In this document: piece by piece, positions 57,368 to 64,000 of the stretch
How positions within the stretch are numbered: the stretch's first letter is position 1
Layout of the letters: every line of letters starts with the position of its first letter
Virus record (IMG/VR): IMGVR_UViG_3300017754_001832
Strand: one strand, 5' to 3'
From: a virus
DNA length: 64,000 bases
Position numbers and translations under genes: made by a program
The notes under the pieces: model-generated
Database searches by the model: none
What the model saw: the letters and a program-made list of their open reading frames with translations, nothing else
Told to the model about the DNA's origin: nothing

Positions 57368-58077
57368 TGCTTGTTCGCTCGCTGCGCTTCGATCTCTGCC
57401 GCCGCGTGGACCCACAGGTCTGCGAAGCGAACGCTCTTGTGGTTGTAGAACCACGGGCCACCGTTGGTGTAGTGGATGCCGGCCGGCGGCTGCGCGCTCT
57501 CCCACTCATACTCGCCTTCGAGCCAGTTCCACGTCTGCGGAACGCCGAGGATTTGATGTTCCGCGATCCAGTTGAAGCGGTGCAGGTCGGCGGCCTTGGC
57601 GCTGTTCACATACTCCGGTGTCAGTTGCCGACACTGCGGGTTGTTGAACAGCATCAGCGACGACCAATTCTTGCGGGGGTACGCGACCTGGGGCTGCCCA
57701 TCCATCTTGAAGGCGGCCTTGGGCGTGTAGTCGTGCTTCACGAGGGCGACGCCGTACTGCACCGGCTGCACCTTGTCCTGCTCGCCACGGACGAAGTCGA
57801 GGAGGCTCTTGATGTCGCGGGTGAAGAGGAAGTCGCAATCCACGAAGAGGGCCGTGCCCTTGTAGCCGCACAGGTAGGGCACGAGGAAGCGGGTGTGGGC
57901 GAACTCGGTCGAGGCGGGCTCGTCTGCCGGGCGGGTGTAGATACCCCGCTCCCGCAGCTTGTCCTGCTTCAGGCCGACGATGGCGAGCGGGATGGATGTG
58001 TGGGCGCGGAGCGAGGCAGCGCAGACCTCGAACGCGGCGTGTTCTCTGGCGTCGTAGCCGATGAAGACGTGTAGCAT
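57364..58077 (-). CDS. glycosyltransferase, GT-A fold with a DXD motif (237 aa)
   Basis: Start MLHVFIGYD. FVDCDFLF (DXD). Preceded by the conserved CAGCACTAGAGGGAACTGACATG element. Confidence 0.45.
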   Translation of the reverse strand: MLHVFIGYDAREHAAFEVCAASLRAHTSIPLAIVGLKQDKLRERGIYTRPADEPASTEFAHTRFLVPYLCGYKGTALFVDCDFLFTRDIKSLLDFVRGEQDKVQPVQYGVALVKHDYTPKAAFKMDGQPQVAYPRKNWSSLMLFNNPQCRQLTPEYVNSAKAADLHRFNWIAEHQILGVPQTWNWLEGEYEWESAQPPAGIHYTNGGPWFYNHKSVRFADLWVHAAAEIEAQRANKQ

Positions 58078-58112
58078 GTCAGTTCCCTCTAGTGCTGCCT
58101 TATAGCGCGGCC

Positions 58113-59564
58113 CTACCGCAATCGCAACTCTCGGTCGATGTCTTCTTTCGTGATCCGGACCCGGCTCCTCAGATCGTCCTCTTCGGCCTGTTTTACGGCC
58201 TGGTTGTAGATCACGTCCTCGTCCCGCGTGCCCCGTGCGAGGATGTGGCGGATGTAGACGTGCGGGGCCTCTTGGCCGGGCCGAGGCAGACGCATGTTCA
58301 ACTGCCGGTAGGTCTCGCCCGATTCCTGTAGGCCGTACCAGATCAGGTTGTGGCCGCCGTACTGCATGTTGGTCCCGTGCGAGATGTTGCCGGGGTGGAC
58401 TGCGAGGTTCCTGATCTTGCCTGCGTTCCAATCTTTGATCGCGTTCTTCCCGTACTCGTCGAAGAAGACGACCTTCTTCCCGAACCGCTTCCTGATCGCT
58501 TCCTTGTCGAACTTGTAGCTCCACGCGATCAGGGCGTGGTGCCCGTCGAGATCGCGGATCATGTCTTCAAGCACGTTGAGTTTGTAGTCGTGAACGAAGA
58601 TCGCGTTTCCACGTTCGCGGTACATCGACCCGTTGGCCCACTGAAGCTGCTTGCTCGTGAGCACTGCGGCGTTGATCGCTTCGATGTCGCGCTTCTCATC
58701 GTAGTTCTCACGGGAGAATTTTTTATACTCGCGCATGAGCGACGGCGGGAAGTCTACCCACCGTGTCGTGAAGGGGTGCGTGATGACCGGCGGGAGCTTG
58801 ATGTGGTCCTCGGCGCGCAGCGAGATCATCAGGTCGGAGCACCTATCCATGATCTCGTCTTTGGCGCCGGGTCGAGGCTTCAGCGTGAAGCCGTTGTAGC
58901 TCTTGGAGAACCACCGCTCCTCGAAGTCGGATTTCTTGATGCCGAGTCGCTCGCCGCCGTCGAGCACGTACATGAGACCCCACATGTCGTGGACGCCTTC
59001 GGGAGACGGTGTGCCGCTCATCTCGATCACGCGCTCGCACATCTTGCGCGCACGCGCGAGGATGCCGAAGCGTGATAGCGGCTTCGAGCCTTTGCCGCCG
59101 CCGGCTCGTGTGGTGCGCTTGCGGCCTTCCTTCAGCATGGACGCTTCGTCGATGACGAGCGTGTTCCAGAACCACCCGTCTTCGCCGCCGATCACCTCCC
59201 AGAGCCACGCGAGGTTTTCCTTGTTGATGATGTGCAGGTCCACGTCCTTGTCGAGCGCGGCGAGACGTTCGGCCGGGGTGCCACACATCACCGCGTAGGT
59301 GATGCCGCGAAGGTGTCGCCATGTGGCGATCTCGGTCGGCCACGTATCGGTGGCGACGAGCAGCGGCGCGATGACGAGGCCGCGAAAACGCTTGCGGCGC
59401 TGCTGCTTCCGCTTCTCTTTGTCCTCGGCGACGAAGTCCAGCACGGCCTCGGTCTTGCCCAACGACATGTCGATGGCAAGCAGGGCCGAATCCATATCGT
59501 GACACTTCATGGTCGCGAAAAGCTGGTATCCACGTCGCTCGAAGTCAAAGCGGGTCTTAGGCAT
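58113..59564 (-). CDS. SF2 (DEAD/SNF2-like) helicase (483 aa)
   Basis: GKTEAVL (Walker A-like) and LVIDEASMLKE (DEAS box). Confidence 0.6.
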   Translation of the reverse strand: MPKTRFDFERRGYQLFATMKCHDMDSALLAIDMSLGKTEAVLDFVAEDKEKRKQQRRKRFRGLVIAPLLVATDTWPTEIATWRHLRGITYAVMCGTPAERLAALDKDVDLHIINKENLAWLWEVIGGEDGWFWNTLVIDEASMLKEGRKRTTRAGGGKGSKPLSRFGILARARKMCERVIEMSGTPSPEGVHDMWGLMYVLDGGERLGIKKSDFEERWFSKSYNGFTLKPRPGAKDEIMDRCSDLMISLRAEDHIKLPPVITHPFTTRWVDFPPSLMREYKKFSRENYDEKRDIEAINAAVLTSKQLQWANGSMYRERGNAIFVHDYKLNVLEDMIRDLDGHHALIAWSYKFDKEAIRKRFGKKVVFFDEYGKNAIKDWNAGKIRNLAVHPGNISHGTNMQYGGHNLIWYGLQESGETYRQLNMRLPRPGQEAPHVYIRHILARGTRDEDVIYNQAVKQAEEDDLRSRVRITKEDIDRELRLR

Positions 59565-59858
59565 AGGGGCCGAGCTTCAGTGCTTTGCGGGCCTGGTCGT
59601 GCGTGTCGCAGACGTAGACGTGATGGCCTGCGGCCTTGAGTTCGCGGTGACGCTTCAACTGCCGGCCATCCGGCGGCTCGCCGACCTTTTTGTATTCGAT
59701 GATGACCGGCTGCGGGTGATCCTTGCGGAAGTGCCAACGGTCGGGGCAGCCCCCGATGCCGATGATCTGCATCTTCCACACGAGCCAGCCGGCACGCTCA
59801 GCTTCCCCGTCGGGGCCGCTGATGTCGAGTTCGAGCACGATTTCTTTGGGCGTCGCCA
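59557..59858 (-). CDS. VRR-NUC domain nuclease (100 aa)
   Basis: Start MATPKEIVLEL. PDG...IIEYKK...LKAAGHHVYV is a PD-(D/E)XK / VRR-NUC signature. Confidence 0.55.
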
Positions 59859-59861
59859 TTA

Positions 59862-62063
59862 TCAGTCCTTGATCCAAACCTTGCCAATGCTCCCCTTGGC
59901 ATACAGGGGTAGTTCTTTCTCGGTGGCCCACGGCATGGGCTCACGCAAGCATTCTTCCATCGTCTTCAGCACCCACTCTGCCTTGCTCTCCTGCGCGATG
60001 GCAACGGGTTCGTCGTGGACGTGGAGGACGAGGCGACCGACGTTGCGCGGCACGCGCTTGCGGAAGCGCATCATCGAAGTCGCGAGGATGTCGCGCGAGA
60101 TGGCTTGGTCCGCGTTTTCCGTCAGTTTGCCGGGGTGCGTCTGGATGCGGACCCACTTGTTCTTGTCGTTGAGACCTTCGTAGGTCAGCGAAACTTTCTC
60201 TTTGGTCTTCTTCTTATTCGGTTCCTTGCACAGGAACTCGGGCAGGTACTTTTTCTGCTTCTCGCACCAGATCAGTTCCACGTCTTCGAGACGCGGGCGC
60301 ATGTAGCTCAAGCAGCGGCCCGAGGGCAGCCACATCTGGAGGAAGGGGCCGCTGCGGGCGAAGCGAACCGGGCCTGCCCACGCTTCCTTGTCCGTTTTCA
60401 TCGTGAGCTTGGCGGCCTTCTCGATCTCCCACCAATACGCGACGGCGTCCTCGTAGGTGTCGCGCCAGACACGCACCGAGTCGATGGCTTCCTGCGCGGT
60501 GAGCTTCACACCCATGTTCCACGCATAGCCGAGCAGGCCCGTGGCCTCCATCTCGCCGGTCTTGTGGTTCTCTTTCTCCTCACCAGCAGACAGCATGTAG
60601 CCGCAGCCAAGCACGCCCGGCTTCGCGACGGTACGCTTCTTCTTGTTGCCGGCGGCGACCTCCGCCGCGATTGCCTCGTAGGTGTCACCGTACATCTTCG
60701 TCGCGAAGTCGATGTAGGGATCGAGGTTGTTGCGGAAGACGTTGAGAATCTTCTGGTCGCCCGAGAGATAGCCGAGGACGCGGTTCTCGATAGCGTTCAA
60801 GTCAGCGGAGACCATGACCATGCCCTTCGGCGCCTGCACCGTCGGACGGATGCAGGTGGAGAGCATGTCGATGGGGCCGGGCTTCTGCACGTCCTTCCAC
60901 GACTTGTCGTAGACCAACTCAAGAGCTTCCGGTGTCAGGTGCTCCAGATGCTCGACGCAGACCTCTTGCAGCTTCTCCAGAGCCGGATGCGGCCGGGCTA
61001 GGTTCTGCGGCTGGATGAGTCGACCGGACCAACGCCAGGTGCGCTGCGCGCCCGCGAACTGCAAGCAGCCTTGAATGATGTCGTGGTCGAGATCGACCGC
61101 GCGCTCCATGGCGTAGTATTTGTCGGTCGAGGTCTTGGCGATCTCGGCGCGCATCGCGAGCACTTCCCGCACGGTGTCAGAGAGGCGCGTGTCCTCGGCG
61201 GCCTTCTTCACGTGCGCGGCCTGCATGTCACTGAAGCGATAGCCGTTGTCGTTGAGCCATTCGAGAAGCTGCGGGTTCGAGCGGGGGTTATCGACCCCGG
61301 TCAACTGCTTGATCCGCGCGTATCGCTTCGCCCTGATGTGCTCGACGAACTTGATGGCGTTCGTCACGACATTCATGTTGATCGGGATGCCGTCGTTGTT
61401 GATCTCGTAATCGAGGCACCACAAGTCCCACTCATGCTGCGGCAAGTCCCATTTGCGGATGCGGTTGTAGATGCCACGCTCCGCCGCGATGTCGGCGCGG
61501 TTGTATCCCTTGAACTCGTCCCACTCCTCGGGATCGGTGAGGTAGTCGGACCAGACCCACGGCTTGTGCTTGGTCGGCTTGCGAGGCTTGCAGAAACGGT
61601 TGATGAGCGCCTTGCCGCGCTGCTCTTTCTGGAGATCGAGCGGGAGGTCGAAGATCGGCCCGGCCATGCCGAGGCCGGTCGGCGCGGAGAGGCACATCGC
61701 CTGCGTCTGCGTGCAGCGCCACTCGTCGGGGAATATCTCGACGCCGCAGACCTCGCGCCAGACCGACATCTCCATTGATGCGTTCCACGAGCGTTTCTGC
61801 ACTTCGGGATCGCGGATCGCGTCACGCAGATCGCCGGGCATCTTCTCGCCCTCCGCCGGCACCCACTGTTCGATGGGGCCGTTGTCGAAGGCGTAGGCGA
61901 GCATCAGGACTTTGGTGGAGGGATCGCGCGCATAGCGGCGGGCGCCGACTTTCTTGATGTCGGAACGAGACTTGGTCTCGAAGTCATTGAAGAAGATCGT
62001 CACCGAGGACGGCCTCGTTTCGCTTCGGATTCGGGGGTGAGGGGTCTCACGTTGATCTCCCAA
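59862..62063 (-). CDS. family A DNA polymerase with 3'-5' exonuclease (733-aa ORF; the true start is possibly a GTG near 62003)
   Basis: Exo I FFNDFET; motif A DLNAIENRVL; motif B RTVAKPGVLGCGYM; motif C VHVHDE. Confidence 0.8.
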   Translation of the reverse strand: MGDQRETPHPRIRSETRPSSVTIFFNDFETKSRSDIKKVGARRYARDPSTKVLMLAYAFDNGPIEQWVPAEGEKMPGDLRDAIRDPEVQKRSWNASMEMSVWREVCGVEIFPDEWRCTQTQAMCLSAPTGLGMAGPIFDLPLDLQKEQRGKALINRFCKPRKPTKHKPWVWSDYLTDPEEWDEFKGYNRADIAAERGIYNRIRKWDLPQHEWDLWCLDYEINNDGIPINMNVVTNAIKFVEHIRAKRYARIKQLTGVDNPRSNPQLLEWLNDNGYRFSDMQAAHVKKAAEDTRLSDTVREVLAMRAEIAKTSTDKYYAMERAVDLDHDIIQGCLQFAGAQRTWRWSGRLIQPQNLARPHPALEKLQEVCVEHLEHLTPEALELVYDKSWKDVQKPGPIDMLSTCIRPTVQAPKGMVMVSADLNAIENRVLGYLSGDQKILNVFRNNLDPYIDFATKMYGDTYEAIAAEVAAGNKKKRTVAKPGVLGCGYMLSAGEEKENHKTGEMEATGLLGYAWNMGVKLTAQEAIDSVRVWRDTYEDAVAYWWEIEKAAKLTMKTDKEAWAGPVRFARSGPFLQMWLPSGRCLSYMRPRLEDVELIWCEKQKKYLPEFLCKEPNKKKTKEKVSLTYEGLNDKNKWVRIQTHPGKLTENADQAISRDILATSMMRFRKRVPRNVGRLVLHVHDEPVAIAQESKAEWVLKTMEECLREPMPWATEKELPLYAKGSIGKVWIKD

Positions 62064-62171
62064 TGCCGCAAGCGCCAGGCGGAGTACGCCTCGCGCTTCT
62101 CGGCATCAGTCGCCCCCTCCGGTAGTGAGGTCGGAGGGGGCACTGAGTCGTCAACGTAGAACGGTTTGGGC

Positions 62172-63038
62172 TCAGAAGGGGATGTCATCGTCATCCCGAT
62201 TGCGGCTGCGGCGCGAACGCGGGGCGTCCTCGTCGTCATCGCGGTTGCGGCGCGAACGAGGAGCTTCCTCCTCGGCGTCGCGGTTACGGCGCGAACGAGG
62301 AGCTTCCTCCTCGGCGTCGAAGCGTTCGCGGCGACCGCGCGGAGCGTCGTCCTCATCGCGGTCGCGGTTGCGGCCACGCGGGGCGTCATCTTCGTCACGG
62401 CCACGGCGCGAGCGCGGGGCGTCGTCTTCATCACGATCACGGCCACGACCACGCATCGGGACATGGCTGCCCTCGTCGTCGTCTTCGTGTGCCTTGAACT
62501 TGCTGAGATCGGCGGCGCCTTTGCCGAACGCTTCGCCCTTGCGGAAATACTGGACGATCTCCAGCGAGGCGTTCACCTGGTCGTTCCACTCGTCGTAGGC
62601 GTAGATGCGAACGAGAGCGTTGACGTAGCACCCGCCGTAGGGCTTTCCGTCCTTCTCTTCCGCACGAGTCATGTCGGCGAGGAAGACCTGCGGCGCACTC
62701 TTGGCCGGCGCGGCGGCTTTCAGCAGCATGCAGCCCTGAAGCTCGTCCTTGTCGGTGTCATCACCATCCACGAGGCAGAGGTTCTGCTCCTGGATTTTCG
62801 GGGGGTTCTTGCCCCACTTGTCGGCGATCACGTCGTCGATTGCGTCCTCGATCTCCTCGATCAGCTTCTTGTGCTTCTTCTTGTCGAGGATGAAGCCGCA
62901 GGTGTAGCGCGGCTTGGAGTTCGGGTCGGCCTTGCCCTTCCGCTGGAAGGTGGTCGGCTCGAACAGGTGGGGGTGGGAGCAGCGAACGTCTTCGAGATAG
63001 ACTTCGACGTTCAAGTTTTTCTGACCTTTGGCGGCCAT
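62172..63038 (-). CDS. DUF2815-type phage ssDNA-binding protein with a tandem Asp/Arg-rich C-terminal repeat array ending DDDDIPF (288 aa)
   Basis: N-terminus MAAK..KNLNVEVYLEDVRCSHPHLFEP is DUF2815-like. Six copies of DEDDAPRSRRGRxR. The tip DDDIPF matches the SSB C-terminal tip. Confidence 0.65.
   Translation of the reverse strand: MAAKGQKNLNVEVYLEDVRCSHPHLFEPTTFQRKGKADPNSKPRYTCGFILDKKKHKKLIEEIEDAIDDVIADKWGKNPPKIQEQNLCLVDGDDTDKDELQGCMLLKAAAPAKSAPQVFLADMTRAEEKDGKPYGGCYVNALVRIYAYDEWNDQVNASLEIVQYFRKGEAFGKGAADLSKFKAHEDDDEGSHVPMRGRGRDRDEDDAPRSRRGRDEDDAPRGRNRDRDEDDAPRGRRERFDAEEEAPRSRRNRDAEEEAPRSRRNRDDDEDAPRSRRSRNRDDDDIPF
62200..62460. repeat. Tandem repeat of about 45 nt inside the SSB-like gene (encodes the DEDDAPRSRRGRNR repeats)
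   Basis: Visible as repeated GCGGTTGCGGCGCGAACGAGGAGCTTCCTCCTCGGCGTC units. Confidence 0.7.
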
Positions 63039-63121
63039 GGGGTAGTCCTTTCACGGTTTCAACGGTTTCACAGATCAACGCCTTTCGGCGTGCGTGACAA
63101 TCGACCTACAGCTTTCTCAAG

Positions 63122-64000
63122 TCAACCCTCCTCTTCCTCATCTTCAAAATGCTCGGTGAAACGCTCGCGCATCGTCGCCATTGGTTTGCGCGGATCGGTG
63201 AGGGGCACCAGCACAGGTTTTCCCGGTGCTTGCACGACGTGCGGCTTCAGCTTGTCCTTGCCGCCCTTGCCGAGAACTTTCTGCGCGGTCGCAGGCGAGA
63301 TCAGCTTCTTCGGTTGGAATAGCTCGACATGCTCGGGCAGCGTGTCCTCCAGCCATTCTTCAGCGGCTTTCTCATCTGCCCACTGACGGATGCCGAGACG
63401 GCCCTCGACGACCTTCTTCCCGCCGCCATCCTTGCCCGCCATGCAGTCGTTGATGTGCGCTGCGTGCAGGCGCTTGAGCCACTGCGTGAGGGCGGGCGCC
63501 ATATCGAGGATGCGGGCGCGGTGTTCGGGGTCGAGCGTTTCGAGCGGCGGTAGCTCGGGCTCTTTGTGCGTGCGGCCTTGGAACTGCTTCAGCTTGAGCC
63601 GGGCCTTGTTGAGGTTCCACTCGTCGTATTCGCGGCAGTGGCCGTTGACCGCTGCCTTGCAGTATCCGCACTGCTTGTCGCCCGGCGTGCGCGGTGCGTC
63701 GGCGTCATAGGTCAAGGCACCCTTGTCCTTCACCTCGGCCATGAAGTCCATGAGTTCGTCGTAGGTGCAATACATCTCACCGCCGCCGCCCTCGTTGCGC
63801 GGCTGGTCGATGACGATGCGGAACAGCGGATCGGGCGCGTCCTTCGGCCAGATTTTCTTGGCGTACTGATCCCAGAAGCCGCCGGCATAGATGCGAAGCT
63901 GGCGGTTGCCCTCCGCGCGCACAGGCAGGCCCGCGCCATACTTCAGATCGCGGATCGTGATGAGGCCGCGCTTGACGTTGATGATGCCCACGTCGAGCGT
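63122..64000 (-). CDS. PD-(D/E)XK / Cas4-like nuclease family protein (DUF2800-like), 5'-truncated by the window edge
   Basis: KQCGYCKAAVNGHC cysteine cluster. Lies beside DUF2815 and the polymerase, as is typical. The ORF continues past the window end. Confidence 0.4.
   Translation of the reverse strand, partial: TLDVGIINVKRGLITIRDLKYGAGLPVRAEGNRQLRIYAGGFWDQYAKKIWPKDAPDPLFRIVIDQPRNEGGGGEMYCTYDELMDFMAEVKDKGALTYDADAPRTPGDKQCGYCKAAVNGHCREYDEWNLNKARLKLKQFQGRTHKEPELPPLETLDPEHRARILDMAPALTQWLKRLHAAHINDCMAGKDGGGKKVVEGRLGIRQWADEKAAEEWLEDTLPEHVELFQPKKLISPATAQKVLGKGGKDKLKPHVVQAPGKPVLVPLTDPRKPMATMRERFTEHFEDEEEEG

Overview
This window is a high-GC (about 65%) tailed-phage or prophage segment. Read right to left, the minus strand carries a replication module (family-A DNA polymerase, DUF2815 SSB-like protein with a DDDIPF tip, VRR-NUC nuclease, SF2 helicase), then a glycosylation-type island (two GT-A/DXD glycosyltransferases, a DUF115/Maf-like protein, two SAM methyltransferases), an HNH endonuclease, and lambda-like packaging, head and tail genes: TerS, GpA-type TerL, gpW, portal, S49 protease, gpD-like decoration protein, gpE-like major capsid, FII/Z/U/V, G/T chaperone, tape measure, J-like tip protein and tail fibres, ending with a second DUF115/Maf-like gene and small membrane genes. 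The plus strand carries early and middle genes: a leftward block of unknown proteins that is unusually rich in GAGTC/GACTC, an HNH endonuclease, a disrupted C5-cytosine methyltransferase, an MT-A70 N6-adenine methyltransferase, MazG, an HD hydrolase, dCMP deaminase, a GapR-like protein (pointing to an alphaproteobacterial host) and a tail-fibre-like cassette. A convergent M15 endolysin lies at about 8 kb.

The most striking signal is a tetrapeptide, Asp-Ser-Asn-Ser, present about 20 times in 12 predicted virion proteins. It sits at the extreme C-terminus of the major capsid protein, as a doublet in the decoration protein and again in the major tail protein, and four times in one tail fibre, but in no non-virion protein. 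Its codons vary, so selection is on the peptide. Together with the phage-encoded Maf-like, glycosyltransferase and methyltransferase genes, this suggests a virion-protein post-translational modification (glycosylation) system that uses a short sequon. Other points of note are an in-frame amber codon inside the portal gene, a doubly frame-disrupted C5-methyltransferase, a candidate G/T -1 frameshift, three HNH endonucleases, C-tract 'CTGCACCC' repeats at the left end, and several tandem gene duplications.
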